This document shows, piece after piece, positions 1 through 33,949 of a stretch of DNA of 64,000 nt; the stretch's first letter is position 1, and the number at the start of each line of letters is the position of its first letter. Origin of the DNA: Chrysomallon squamiferum (Eukaryota; Animalia; Mollusca); the NCBI GenBank assembly GCA_012295275.1, contig CM022675.1, positions 8,122,001 to 8,186,000 of the forward strand. The letters run 5' to 3'. A program made the translations under genes and the position numbers. Under the pieces are notes generated by a model. The model ran no database searches. It was given only the letters and a program-made list of their open reading frames with translations, and was not told the DNA's origin.

Positions 1-44
1 TTTATTGTTTTGTTTTCTACTTCTGTTTACTTGTTTACTCCTAG

Positions 45-256
45 CTGGCCGCTGTATTTACGAAGACGACGACTGCAGCCACGTGAAGAACGGTGATTTC
101 CACTACTGTAAGAGCTGTCATTACTTCGCGTCGTGCTCGGAGCAATACCTCTACATCAGACCGTGCCCGACGAACCTCAAGTACGACTCGAACAAACAGC
201 GGTGTGAATACAAGTCAACATCGTGTAGCGCGACAAGAGCTGAGAAATTCAGATGA
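45..256 (+). CDS. Terminal exon of a chitin-binding type-2 (peritrophin-A/CBM14-like) domain protein; upstream exons lie outside the window
   Basis: Polypyrimidine tract and ctag acceptor (41-44), then (A)GRCIYEDDDCSHVKNGDFHYCKSCHYFASCSEQYLYIRPCPTNLKYDSNKQRCEYKSTSCSATRAEKFR*. The C..YF..C...CP..L.YD....C....C spacing is typical of ChtBD2. AATAAA at 298-303. Confidence 0.75.
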
Positions 257-764
257 CATGTTTGAAAGTGGACTGCGATTTCAGTTCATGTGATGTTAAT
301 AAAATGCCAGAATTTAATCGTTTTGTAGGCCAGAAGATTGATTAATTTCATATTTTTAAAATGAGAACATTTACAGATAACTAGATGTGCGTAAAATAAT
401 GCCCAAATTTAATGTTTTATAATCAGCGATTTTAAATTATTTTCATGTTTCATAATTTTGCATTTAATTTGATGCCGATTTTGAGCTAATTGGATGACTT
501 AAAGTACCCAAATTCCGTACCTTACATACCCCGTATTTTATTTATTTGGAAGTTTTAAAATGAACCAATTTAAAATAACTTTATTTATTAGAATGTTTTG
601 TTTTTCACTCAGTTAAACGAATATAACATCATGTCTCATAGATTCTGAATATTAGTTATGTAGAAAAACGAAATAAATATTTTCAAATATCTTATCTATG
701 TTTCGAATTTTTCTTCTTATTATTTATGTAAGTTTATATGATTAGTGTGATAATAGTAGTAGTA

Positions 765-809
<45 letters not shown>

Positions 810-861
810 GCAATAATAGCAATAACAATAATAATAATAATAACAATAATAATAATAGTTT

Positions 862-893
<32 letters not shown>

Positions 894-937
894 TATAACA
901 TATAACTTTCTCTCCTTATTTTGTTCTCTCTTTCTCG

Positions 938-1132
<195 letters not shown>

Positions 1133-1941
1133 TGTCTCTTCACCTCCCTCGCTTCCTTCTTCTCTTATTATTTCGCCCTCTCGTATCTTTTCACAATCGG
1201 CTCTGCCTGTCCTTTCCACATTTTGTATTTCACACAGTCACTCATTCACTGAGTGGCTTTAAAACAAATAACTGTTTAATCAGATCGAGTCACAACACTT
1301 GTTACTATTTCCAACCCCTGTCAACACGACACATGTCAGAGGAATAAAAAAAAAAAAACAACAACAACAACATCATCATCGATCCCGTGATATCGAACAT
1401 TTACGACTTTCGTAAACACTTGAGCCTGTTTTAGTCCAGCACCCAGTTACGAGTGTCTCTTTACGCCAACTTTTTTACGACATAGTAAATTTATTAGTAG
1501 CCTGTTTCAGTTTTGTCGGTACCAAGACTCGAACAAATGCGTTATAAAACAATTAACAGTCCAAATATATATGAGACGGGTTGTTGGGTTAAATTTACGA
1601 TTTCGTTCCGACTACAGTAAAAAAAAAAAAAAAAATTCATGAATGCATTAATAAAAGTCATTTGGTCGTGTAACATGGAGCTGTTAAAATATATTTTTGT
1701 CGTAATTTTACATTTAATTTTATAATGTTCAAAAGATTTTTATTTTATATCGTGTTAATTCTCGTGCTGAACTGAAGATAACAGAGAGAACACCGTGTTT
1801 CACACGTAAGTTAAACTAATTTTAATTTTAAATAAATTCGCGGAGTACTATTTGAATACCAGTATTGAAGTTATTTTTGTTTTGCTTGATTTCGAAAGAC
1901 TGAGAGCGAGAGAGAGAGGCGGAGAGAGGGAGGGAGGAAGG

Positions 1942-2016
<75 letters not shown>

Positions 2017-2231
2017 AGAGGTTTGGGGTCTGTAGGAGAGAGAAAAAAATATTGCACTTTCTGTTTCATTGTGCGTGTGTGTTTGTTTGTTTATTTATTT
2101 AATTGTTCATATTTTCAGATAAAATCATAAACAAATAAATAAATAAACAAACAAACAATTTCTTTATAACATGAACATAGTCGCAAAAAACATAAACACA
2201 ATCTCTCTCTCTCTCTCTCCCTCTCTCTCTC

Positions 2232-2342
<111 letters not shown>

Positions 2343-2771
2343 CTCTCTCTCTCACACACACATACAGACACACACACAAACACAAACATTTTTTTTTTTG
2401 GTACTTATTCTCTTATATTATACTATATGCAGAAAATGTAACAAAGAAATTTCAATAGTTAAAGAATACCTGTAGCTGTACCAGTAAATGTTAAATAAAA
2501 AAATAAATAAATAAATAAATAAATAAATAAAAATATATAGATAGAAAGATAGATAATTAGATATAGAGATAGATAAATAGATATAGAGAGATAGATAGAG
2601 AGATAGATAGAAATATAGATAGACAGATAGGTAGATAGATAGACAGATAGATAGATAGAGAGATAGATAGATATACAGAGAGATAGATAAATAGATAGAT
2701 AGATAGACAGACAGAGGAATAGTAGATAGATAGATACATAGATAGACAGATAGATAGATAGACAGACAGAC

Positions 2772-2830
<59 letters not shown>

Positions 2831-3133
2831 GAGAGATTGAAGATAGAATCAAATTTCTGGTACGTGTAAAGGTGCACATCTCTCTATTTGATAAAGAGAA
2901 ATCACGCTGAAAAGAACCAAAACAAAAAAACATAAATAAATGTACATGTGTACGTTGCGGATCATCTGTCGAAGTCTTTTTATTTCTGTCATCGAGATAA
3001 TTGCAAATACTGTCAAACTGTTTATCTAATTTTCTATTTCCAGATCCTATTGTGAAATTTAGACAACTTCCTTGTTGGAACCAAAAAAGAAAAAAAAAAA
3101 AAGGTAGAAATTGTGTGAAGAAAATTGCTAACA

Positions 3134-18844
<15,711 letters not shown>

Positions 18845-18979
18845 GACATGTCTTCACTTCCCTTTTACAATTTTTGTATGTTAATAATTATGTTATAAAG
18901 ATTCGATTCTTGTGCTCTAAAATATAATGATTACTTAACATTTGGGAATAAATACCATTAAGAATGTTAATGATAATAA

Positions 18980-19051
<72 letters not shown>

Positions 19052-19804
19052 CAACAACAATAAAAATAGGAAGAGAAATAAAAACAATATGTAACTTTGC
19101 TTCGACATGTTTTATCTTATTTATCTTAATATATTCTTTTCTCTTCAAATATGTACTGGTCGAAATTTTCTGAACGATTTGAAATCAAATAATTATAATA
19201 TGCATTAAGAATAAAATAGCAATCACTTGTTATAACTATTTGTACTACTGAAAACAGAAACATGATAAAAATGATACCAATATTTCTAAGAGGTACATTC
19301 ATGACATTAGGTAAAAAAAAAAAAAAAATTGAAAATATTACCAACAAGCTGTTACGTTTTTACTGTGTGTACAAGTGAAACTAAATAAATATTTATATTG
19401 CTAACAACTGAAAAGTTCTTCATACAGTTATAAATATTTAAAAATTGTGATATAATATAAATATGCATATTTTAACAAGTGAATACTGATCATTACCTTG
19501 TATAAATTTCATTAACAAATAAACATTATCATGATACAGATATATGAAAGAGTTTAACACTGTACGAATTTTTATAACATTAAGTTAGTTAAATATTTGT
19601 AAACCGATGAAATATGTAGATTTTTTTAACTGTTTGCTAATAAAATGTTTCATACTACATTTTTCTTTCATATTCTGTGAAAAATATCCAGTACAATAGC
19701 ATGAGATATCTTTATTTTATTTATTCATATATTTCTTTATTTTGTTTTTACTTTCTATTTATTTATTTATTTTATTTATTTATCTTTATTGTAACTATTA
19801 TTAT

Positions 19805-19836
<32 letters not shown>

Positions 19837-20806
19837 TTATTGTTATTTATTTATTTATTTATTTATTTTTTATTTATTTATTTATTTATTATTTTTTTAA
19901 ATATTTTTTGATGCTGACTGTATTGTCAGAGCAATTTCCTTTCTCGTGGTGCACTGTTAACGTATTTCTTTCAAATAAATGTAAAAAGTTGTGAGTCTGT
20001 CTTCAACTATAACCAAACACTTCTCTCCCTGCTACATCACAGTAACATCGCGTCTGGAAAAAATGGAAGGTTGTTATTTTACACTGTAGTAATAGAGCAA
20101 ATCAAGGAAGTATTATGCTTAGTGCAGCACAGTGACATTTCGTCTGAACAAATGATATTTTTTTGTCATTTAGTCTTTAATAAGAGCAAGTCAAGGCAGA
20201 GTTATCCCTAATACAGCAGAATGAAACGGTGTCTCGTCAAACGATATGGTGTTAAGGGAAGTTCGATAACTCTCACGAGACCAAGTCAAGATAGCGTTAG
20301 GAGATGATACCCCGCTCTGATTTCATTTCTGAGGTAGATATGATCGTGGAATGTGTGTGTATATGGGTGTGTCTGTTACATATATGTGTGTGTGTGGCTG
20401 TATGGTGTGATATTGTGTGTGGCGGGATATGGTTGTGTTTGTGTGTGTTTGTATGTGTATGTGTGTGTGTGTCTGAGTTCACGTTCATACACAACAAAAC
20501 ATCCGCGTTTACAAATTTTAGTAACATTACAGTAAGTACCACGTGCCTGTGTATTTGTATCTGAATCATTAAAATATACACTGATAAATGCAACAACAAA
20601 AACAACAACAATAATTGTAATAATGATAATAATAATAATTCAAACAAAAATGAAAATAACAATAAAAAGACAATAATAATAAAAAGAGCAACAACAAGAA
20701 CAAAAAAAAAAAAAAAAATAACAATAACTGCTCTGAAAATAATAATAATAATAGCCAAAAAAACCCAGTAACAACAACAATAATAATTATAGTTATAAAA
20801 AAAAAG

Positions 20807-20881
<75 letters not shown>

Positions 20882-21890
20882 CACACACACACATCAATAA
20901 AAAAGATTTTCTTATTTTTATTTTTTTTTCATTTTTCAAATGTTTTATCGGAGAACATGACATAATATTGCTATAACAATTTTTTATTATGAAAATTTCC
21001 CAGGTGACGACTGAATTACAAATACACAAAAAAAACGCGTGGATATTTCTGCTTTATTGAATAGTCATCGTACAGTTTTCATGAAATATAAATTACCAGA
21101 TATCTCACGTTCGAATGCCCAGTTATTTGTTAAATTATATCTTTTGCTTTTGTTTTCTTCTTAAATATAATATAATTTTTTTTTTATTTTATTTTGCCGT
21201 CCATGTTTTGTTTATAGAAATGGCACTCGTTAATTTTCTATTGTTTCAGAGAAAAACAACAACAACAATAATTATAAAATATGAAAATGTAATACTTGCA
21301 GACTTGAAGACAAACAGACAATCAAGTATACATACAGAAATAAACTGATGCATAGAAAATCCGGGGGGTAAACAATGTTTGCATATATAAACACATACAT
21401 AGACAGATAGATAGATAGATATATAGACAGGCAGAGAAGTTAACAGATATATAAAGATACAGCAATATAGAAACACAGCTAGATATTTGAACTAAATAGA
21501 CACAAGTAAGCACGACAAACAAATAAATAAATGAGTAAATAAGTAAATAAATAAATAAGTGAGTAAATAAATAAATGAGTAAATAAGTAAATAAATAAAT
21601 GAGTAAACAAACAAATAAATAAATAAGTGAGTAAATAAATAAATAAAATTGCACTGACTGTTCGTAGGTTTATTTATATCGACTTTTTCAAAACCTAAGC
21701 TTTAAGCACTGGAATACACTTAATGTACAATAGACTATTCAGTTATAAATTTGATTTAGGTATACTATGTCAGTAAAGTAGAAAATGTAAATAATGATGC
21801 TGCAATTAATCTTTATTATTATTTTAAATTCTTATTCATATATGTCTATATATATACATGCACTTCTCTACACACCTATAATTGTATGGT

Positions 21891-21998
21891 ACAGGAAAGT
21901 CTGAATAGAGCAAAGCAATACTTGTTGCTACCATCGATTCGGAAGTTTACTATTTTCTGTATGACGTCAAGGTACAAGACTTCAATAACCTTGGAGTT
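21891..21998 (+). pseudogene. Degenerate contactin FN3 exon fragment (also at about 31756-31863, 36646-36753, 41388-41495)
   Basis: Aligns with the first ~105 nt of contactin exon 15275-15422, including its acag acceptor: LVATIDSEVYYFLYDVKVQDFNNLGV versus LVVTLDTESYYLQYDVIVQAFNNLGV. It has a 1-nt deletion near its start and no donor continuation. Confidence 0.8.
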
Positions 21999-22801
21999 AA
22001 CGACTTTAACATTTTTCGTTTAAATTTAAGAAACAAACAATGTATTATCAATCTTTTTTTGTAATATTATTTATCTGTTTATTTCCGAACAATAAAGCTA
22101 TTATCATTATTATTTATTTATGGACTTTGTGATTACTTATTATTATTATTTGAAACTTAATAATTAATATAGAGTCAAAGCAAAGTCCATTTTCCTTGCA
22201 TCTAGGATTTCATTTCTCCCATCTCAGATACCTGCGGCGTGACAAAACATTTTTAAAATCTGTATGGATTATTTCGAATTTATTTGTTGCGATTTGAATT
22301 TGTAATAAATTAGTGAAGCTTTATTCTTTGGGAGCTAGAAACACGGCAAGCTCTATGTTAGGGAAATTCTACAAATAAAATGATTATATTTTCTATCAAA
22401 ATGGAAGACAATAAAATTGTAATTGTCATATTACAGTTGTATTATTTATATCATCTTGTATTTCGATATTCGAAACCACTGGTCAGCGTCCAAGGAAATC
22501 AAAGTTAAAGTTTAAACACGGTGGTTAGACTAAATAGTCAAACACAGTACTGTCCATTTCTAGCATGTCAGTAAAATAACACGGGTAAAATGTATTTGCT
22601 TCTTGACAATTTTCTTCTTTTGCTTTATTTTTTTATTATTTTCCTTTTTCTATTTTCTTTGTTACATAGATATAGACTTAGAGACAGAAAGCCAACAACA
22701 GAAGAATACTATTTGATTTAGATCAGTCAGCTGAGATATATTCTTACCTCTAAACACATTACATTATTACTCTCATCTTCAATTTCGTGTGTCTATGTAT
22801 A

Positions 22802-22848
<47 letters not shown>

Positions 22849-23214
22849 TACTTGGTTTGTTGTTCTAAGCGGATTATCTCAAAAGTGATCGTGCTTCGTT
22901 CAACATCAACATTCAATTAACATTATTTAATTAACACAAAATTATTAATCGGAAGAAGTCAGTGCACCATTTTCTAAATAGTAAGTAAATGGGTTAAGTA
23001 ACATATATCAGTTCACTATCTGCAAGAAAACCAAGCATCGAAAAGGTTTATTCCTCTTTGTGTAGGATACAATGTTCCTAGCTGCAAAGACACAAAAATG
23101 ACAATACCAGCAGCTAGTAAATTAATTTGAATGCCGTAATTATTGGCAATACACAGAAAAAGATATACAAGAAGATAAATTAAATCAATGACGAAATGCT
23201 ATTTGAAAACGATC

Positions 23215-25492
<2,278 letters not shown>

Positions 25493-26621
25493 ATTTACAA
25501 GGTTGATTTTTGGCTACGGTTCTGTGGTAAATATACCCGAAATGGTTTAACTAATTTGCATTATACAACTGCATTTGCATAGCAATAAAATTGTGAAAGA
25601 AAAAATCGATCATATGTTTAAATATTTTAAAATAATCTACATAAATAAATAAAATATGTTGTCGTCAAAAGCCTATTCATACCTCGTATTTTCAAGGTAC
25701 AACATTAATTCAGATTATTTCCAAACACTTTCTTATCTAACATTTCACATCTTTACGTTCAACATTTTGCTTCAGAACACGTTCTTGTATCCTCCATCTT
25801 TGATGAAATTCTTCCGAATTTTAAATTGCATCCTACTAAAACTGAAGTTATCTGCTAACAACAGAAGGTCAGTATTTTAGAAAAAAGATAAACTTTTCCA
25901 GCAATGAATCATCCGACTAGCTGGCCTAGCACTATTACCAATAAAGATGTCAACGATAGGTACCACAGCCCACGAGTAACATTGATACAGGAAACTAGAC
26001 AGCCATGTATTCAGAAAAAAATAATTATCTGGCAACTGGATTCAGTGTGCCTTTAAATTGTTCGATATCGTTACAAATATTTATGGTTTGAAAAAATAAG
26101 AAAAGTAAAATTATTTATTCCTTCGATATTCCCACAGTAGTATATTATCTATAGGAAGATGTTAAGATTTTTAGATTATTACTTTTATTATAAGGTGTGT
26201 TTGAACAAGTATTTACATCCTGGGACCAGGAATTTTTAGGCTCTTCGGCTACAGGCACTGTGATGTGCACATAAATATTTCCAAAACAAGTACAATTAAA
26301 TTGATTTTCACGGCAACAGCATCATTTAAAACGACAACATTTGCTTTCTATAATTAAAATGGACAATGTTCCATTGCCAAACATTATTTAAGCAACAGAC
26401 AGTTAGAGAAAAATATTATTTTTATAAATTAAATAACTTAATCTCGCATTATTCCACTTGACTGAAAATATTTTTATTTTTTAAATATTAATAACTGATT
26501 CGTTCTTTTTCTATGGACAGCGAATGTATAGAGCAAACAGATATTTTTCAAAGACAAATTATGAAAAGTGTATAAATTAATATTCTAGGAACTAGTGAGT
26601 TTTAATATCTCTCTCTCTCCC

Positions 26622-26711
<90 letters not shown>

Positions 26712-27680
26712 AATTACACGAAATAGTTTATCATATGTTCATTCAGCAGAGCGATTAACATAGTCGTAAAATAGCAAACGATACATTTTATAAATATGCA
26801 TATGTTATTTCAGATTCACCTGACGTGATTTGAATTTTTAATATCTGAATGTAGTTTTATTCTTTCGCCGATCATAATATGAAAACCTGGATTTTAACAA
26901 AAGTCCCCAAGTAAAAACATTATATTTTCTATCGCAATACACGAAAATGCCAGTTATATTGTCATATTAGAATTGTAATATTATTGTCATCGTCTATTTC
27001 TGAATGTATAAGTTTCCAAGAAAATCAAATTTAAAGTCTAATACGGTGGATATAATAAAAGGTCAAACAAAATATTGTGTACTTCTGTCTTCTCACTTGA
27101 TTGTTGGGCTGGATATTAAGTCTATCGCAATCATATCAATGAAATAATACAACCGAAAAATATTTGATCAAAGCCGATTTCTCTCTTCACAATTTTCTCG
27201 TTTTGCTTTCTTTTATTTTCTCTTATTTGTTTTTTATTACATACGTAGACACTAACAGAAAAACAAACAGATACAGATAGATATAAATCACATTTCATTT
27301 AAATCGGTGAACTGTGACACATGTACGTTTCCAAACACAATACATTATTGTTCTAAACTTCACTAAAAAGATTTAAATTATATATATATATATTTTGGGT
27401 TGTACGTCTAAATAGATTGTGAAAATGATGATTGTGTTTCATTTAATATGAACTAATAAGTATACTGCATTCCGATCAGAATGTTTCAATTCTTACATTC
27501 AATTAACGTAATTTATTTAGTACGCAACATCATATATCGGGCGATATCGATGCATTATGTTATTAAAAGTAAAAAATAGTTAAACAATATCTTTCAATAT
27601 TACTGAAATTTGTTGAATATCTCTAGAAGACCCAACGACCAGAAATGTTTACTCCTCTTAGTGTAGGATGCAATCTCTCT

Positions 27681-27787
<107 letters not shown>

Positions 27788-28852
27788 ACATACACGAAAC
27801 AGTTCATCATATTCTAATTTTACAAAGCGATTAGCATAGTAGTAAAATAAGAAGCGACAAATCAATAATATATTAAAACATTTTTAAAATCTGCATCGAT
27901 TATTTCGAATTTATTTGTTGCGATTTGAATTTGTAATACATTAGTGTAGCTTTATTCTTTGGGAGCTAGAAACACGGCAAGCTCTATGTTAGCGAAATTC
28001 TACAAATAAAATCATTATATTTTCTATCAAAATGGAAGACAATAAAATTGTAATTGTCATATTACAGTTGTATTATTTATATCATCTTGTATTTCGATAT
28101 TCGAAACCACTGGTCAGCGTCCAAGGAAATCAAAGTTAAAGTTTAAACACGGTGGTTAGAATAAACAGTCAAACACAGTACTGTCTATTTCTAGCATGTC
28201 AGTAAAATAACACGGGTAAAATGTAATTGCTTCTTGACAATTTTCTTGTTTTTTTTTTTTTTTTTTTTTCTATTTTCTTTCTTACATACATATAGAATAA
28301 GAGACAACAATTCAAACAGAAAGCCAAACACACAAGAATGACATATGACTTAGGTCAGTGAGCTGAGATATATGCATATCTCTAAACACATTACATTATT
28401 ACTCTAAATTTTAATTTAATGTGTGTACGTATGTGTGTGTGTGTATATCTATATATATTGGTTCTGAGTGGATTATCTCAAAAGTGATTGTGTTTCGTTT
28501 AATAAATTAACCAGTATTTTCTTCTCTGACCAGAATACTTCAACATCTACATTCAATTAACTTTGTTTCATTAACACAAAATCATTAATCGACGAAGTCA
28601 GCGAACTATTTTATAAACACTAAGTAGATGCGTTAAATAACGTATATCAGTTCACTATCTGCAAGAAAACCAAGCATCGAAAAGGTTTATTCCTCTTTGT
28701 GTAGGATACAATTTTCCTATCTGCAAAGACACAAATATCACAATACCAGCAGCTAGTAAATTAATTAGAATGATTAATTATTGGCAATACAGAGAAAAAG
28801 AGATACAAAAAGATAAATAAAATCAATGACGAAATGCTATTTGAAAACGATC

Positions 28853-29169
28853 TTAGTTCAGTATTCGGCCAGCACAGGAAGACCACAACATGACGTCTAA
28901 GGATTGCATGAGTTTCAGAATAGGACTCAATCCATTTTGTTCCCATGGTTTCAATAACCAAGGAAACCACCGGAACGGTGTCATGGCGAACTGTGCCACG
29001 TCGTGATCAAAATAAACGTAACTCGAAGCAAACATTCCATCCACAACAAGAGTTCCTGTATCAGTCAGTGGTACGTACAACCCTGTGAAAAAATATTATT
29101 ATTTTTTTTTAATCTATTAAAAACAGCCTCGAGATATAACATCAATAATTTATCATTTTCGTCAAACTG

Positions 29170-29246
<77 letters not shown>

Positions 29247-29960
29247 TGGTTTTTCAGAAAAGGAAATATCAACAACTCGCTCTGCACAAAGACCACTTGG
29301 ACACGACAGTGTGGAGAAAATATAATCACCTCGTTTCACCAATACGGCATTCCTTAATGCATAAAAATGTATATCTATTAATACGACTGAATAAGCTGTA
29401 TCCTATTTATATCTCCGTTCCTAAATATCTGTGTTTGTAACTGTGTCTTGCTCAGTGTTATTCTGAATGCATATGTTAATTTCTTTATTGTTTTAGAATG
29501 AAGTTTTAATAAAACGTAATAACTTAAAATCAGGTCAAAAGCGAGAGAAAAAGATGATTTGTCGAATGATATTAAATTCGCAAACAGATAGCCAGAGAAA
29601 ACAATACACGTTATGCACTATGAACCGAACAATGGAGACAGAAATCTACACTCACTCAGCTCTCATATCAGCAGTTTTGTTGTTGTTGGACATAAATATC
29701 AGATGGTCCTCTGTGATGGAAAAGTGATTTCCCTTCTCTGTCGTAAACGTTCGATGTGTGGCGTTGGTTTGCGGAAATCGTTCGATGAATGTTCTTACCT
29801 CAGAAAATATTTTCTTTTCATTTTCAACTGGAAGAAAAACAGTAACAACGACGATAAAAACAAGCAAAGCAGTAACTCCAATGACAAAAGCATGAAACCT
29901 ATAAATCAACTAATCATTAAACAAAGAAATAAATAGCTAAGTAAATAAGATAATAGTCAA

Positions 29961-30024
<64 letters not shown>

Positions 30025-31136
30025 TAGTAGCAGTATTAACTTCGGTTACATCGACTTAGCATTTCTCGTAGCTCGTATGGTATTTTTTCACATAGGAGAA
30101 TGTACAACAGGAATCGAAGACTGATCTATCCCTTGATCTATCATCGTTTCTCTCTTTTATCAGGTAAGGCTTCAATGTAAGCTCTCCAGTCCTGCCGTCA
30201 ACGTTTTCGACCGTATCGCTGTCGACCAGAGACACGTAAAATGCTTGGTTTTATCACCGACATATCTCGCCATTTGCAGTTTAGTTTGTATTGCGACATC
30301 TATGAATTCTACGAATATTGAGCTGCTTTCCTTTCTCGTCTTTAGCATATATCCTCACTAACAAAAGGAATGTGCTACTTATTCCAGAAATCAATAACAA
30401 AGAAATAAAAGAAACATCAACATTAACGTCGCTTTTTACTCGTGAAAATAAAAGCAGTAATAATAACTTGCCTGTGAGAACCTTCTGACCTACAGATAGA
30501 TGTTTCATTTTAATTACTGAACCGTCTTCGAGTACAAGATTACTGTCACCATGGAAACAACAATGGTTACAGCACCCTTGTGCGTACGAGAAGACGAGAC
30601 ACTCACATGTACACTCAGACGTATGTATTACTGGCCGACCATTTGATCCTAAATGACGTTCTCTGCAAGTACATGTTTTTTCTGAAATAAAAATGAGTCC
30701 CCGTGAACCATGTTACTCAGTAGAAGAAATGTTCAGGATAGTGGATAGGGAGACACTAAGATAGATACAGAGACAGACGCACAGACGAAAAGCGACAAAA
30801 TTAAGGTGAATTGGCGGACGAAGTTGAGAAAAGGACGGAGAAAGGGAAAAAGAATAATGCAGGAAGACTTAAAAAGACACGTTTAAACTAGAAACAAGAA
30901 ACAAGAACAAAGAGTCATGAACACAGAGAGAGCAAAAGAATGCTTAACAAATTGTTATTGCGTGTGACATCGTCAATTTAGCAGCACATTGGACTGGACC
31001 CTCGGTTGCAGCTTGCAAAAACAGAGTGAATGACTCAGAGATTAAATTTGAGTTGAAATAGCAAAATATATCTCGTTTTTTTTTTACCTGTAGATCGTTG
31101 TACCAAAAGTAGGAGTAAGAGAGCAAAATATTTCAT
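28853..31136 (-). CDS. Copy B: secreted 8-Cys peptide-Hog fusion precursor, intact, about 255 aa
   Basis: Exons 31136-31088 (MKYFALLLLLLVQRST), 30681-30472 (EKTCTCRERHLGSNGRPVIHTSECTCECLVFSYAQGCCNHC|CFHGDS..; GC donor), 29827-29656, 29352-29246, 29082-28853. All phases compatible, no internal stop seen. Confidence 0.88.
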
Positions 31137-31173
31137 ATTTACAAGGTTGTTTTTTTTGTCTACGGTTCTGTCG

Positions 31174-31226
31174 TAAATATACCCGAAATGGTTTAACTTA
31201 TTTGCATTATACAACTGCATTTGCAT
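31174..31226 (-). promoter_or_regulatory. Putative core promoter of the family: two ATGCAAAT octamers 19 bp apart plus a TATATTTA box (copy B shown)
   Basis: ATTTGCAT on + at 31200-31207 and 31219-31226, TAAATATA at 31174-31181, about 40-90 bp upstream of the ATG. The same octamer pair occurs in A (25554/25573), C (36090/36109), D (40831/40850), E (45704/45723) and F (49099/49118). Confidence 0.55.
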
Positions 31227-32348
31227 AGCAATAAAATTGTGAAAGAAAAAATCGATCATATATTTAAATATTTAAAAATAATCTACATAAATAAATAAAA
31301 TATGTTGTGGTCAAAACACGATTCATAGCCTGTATTTTGAAGGTACAACATTAATTCAGCTTATTTCCAAACACATTCTTATCTAACATTTCACATCTTT
31401 ACGTTCAACATTTTGCTTCAGAACACGTTCTTGTTTCCTCCATCTTTGATGAAATTCTTCCGAATTTTAAATTGCATCCTACTAAAACTGAAGTTATCTG
31501 CTAACAACAGAAGGTCAGTGTTTTAGAAAAAAGATAAACTTTCAGCAATGAATCAGCCGACTAGCTGGCCTAGCACTATTACCAATAAAGATGTCAACGA
31601 TAGGTACCACAGCCCACGGGTAACATTGATATAGGAAACTAGACAGCCATGTATTCAGAAACAAAATAATTATCTGGCAACTGGATTCAGTGTGCCTTTA
31701 AATTGTTCGATATCGTTCCATGTTGTATGGTACAGGAATTCCCTAATTATATGGTACATGAAAGTCTGAATAGAGCAAAGAAATACTTGTTGCTACCATG
31801 GATACGGAAGTTTACTATTTCCTGTATGACGTCACAGTACAAGACTTCAATAACCTTTGAGTTAACGACATTAACATTTTTCGTTTAAATTAGTGAAACA
31901 AACAATGTATTATCAATCTTTTTTGTAATATTATTTATTTGTTTATTTGAGAATAACACGCTCATTATCATTATTATTTATTCATGGACTTTGCGAATAC
32001 TTATTAGTAGTATCTGAAATGTAGTAATTAATATATATTCAAAACAGAGTCCATTTTCTTTGCAACTGGAGATTTTTTTCTCCCATCTCAGACTCCTCCC
32101 GTATGATCAAGATCACATAGAAGAAGTTTACGGTTTAGAATATTTTCATATAAGAATCAAATTTGAAATAATTACATTTTGTTAAAAATCAAATCTACAT
32201 AAAAAAATGTAGCAGATCAAAAAGTAAAATATACTGAATGGTTTAAATTACACAGCAATTCATTCGTTATCAGGGAAAGACAGAAAACAGAACTGTTATT
32301 AGATTGGTTCACGTTGTCTTCTTTCAGCTTCACGAACACAGTAGTAAT

Positions 32349-32474
<126 letters not shown>

Positions 32475-33543
32475 ACATACACGAAACAGTTCATCATATT
32501 GTAATTTTACAAAGCGATTAGCATAGTAGTAAAATACGAAGCGACAAATCAATAATATATTAAAACATTTTTAAAATCTGCATCGATTATTTCGAATTTA
32601 TTTGTTGCGATTTGAATTTGTAATACATTAGTGTAGCTTTATTCTTTGGGAGCTAGAAACACGGCAAGCTCTATGTTAGCGAAATTCTACAAATAAAATC
32701 ATTATATTTTCTATCAAAATGCAAGACAATAAAATTGTAATTGTCATATTTCAGTTGTATTATTTATATCATCTTTTATTTCCAAATTCCAAACCAGTGA
32801 TCTGCCTCCAAGGAAATCAAAGTTAAAGTTTAAACACGGTGGTTAGAATAAACAGTCAAACACAGTACTGTCTATTTCTAGCATGTCAGTAAAATAATAT
32901 GGGTAAAATGTAATTGCTTCTTGACAATTTTCTTGTTTTGCTTTTTTTTTTTTTTTTTTTTTTTTTTTCTTTTTCTATTTTCTTTGTTACATAGATATAG
33001 ATTAAGAGACAGAAATAGAAACAGAAAGACAAACAAATATAAAAGAATGACATTTGATTTAGCTCAGTCAGCTGAGATATATACGTATCTGTAAAAACAT
33101 TACATTATTACTCTGACCTTTATTTTAATGTGTTTTTGTGTCTGTATATATTATTTCGGTTGTGGTTCCTTTAATAAATTAACCGGTGTTTTGTTCTCTA
33201 ACCAGTATGCTTCAACACCTATATTCAATTAACTTTATTTTCTTAATTTAATCAAGTGCACAAAATCATTAAAAAGAAAAACACAGTGCATTATTTTATA
33301 AACAATAAGTAAATTAGTTAAATAATAAATATCAGTTCACTATCAGCAAGAAAACCAAGGATCAAAAAGTTTATTCCTCTTTGTATAGGATACAATTTTC
33401 CCAGCTCCCATATTTTGCATTGTCTTTATTTAATTATCTACTGCAAAGACGCAAATATGACAATAGCAGCAGCTAGGAAACTAAAATGCATGCAGTAATT
33501 ATTGGCAAGACAGAGAAATAAAGATACAAGAAGATAAAACAAA

Positions 33544-33864
33544 TCAATAACGAAATACATAGGAAGACCACAACATGACGTCTAAGGATTGCATGAGTTT
33601 CAGAATAGGACTCAATCCATTTTGTTCCCATGGTTTCAATAACCAAGGAAACCACCGAAACGGTGTCATGGCGAACTGCGCTAGACCATGATCAAAATAA
33701 GCGTAATTCGAAGCCAAGATTCCATCCACAACAAGAGTTCCTGTGTCAGTCAGTGGTACGTACAACCCTGTGAAAAATATTAAATATTTTATTTTTATCT
33801 ATAGAAAACAGCCTAGAGATAGAAAACAGATTGGAATCAATAACTGATCACTTTCGTCCAACTA

Positions 33865-33949
<85 letters not shown>
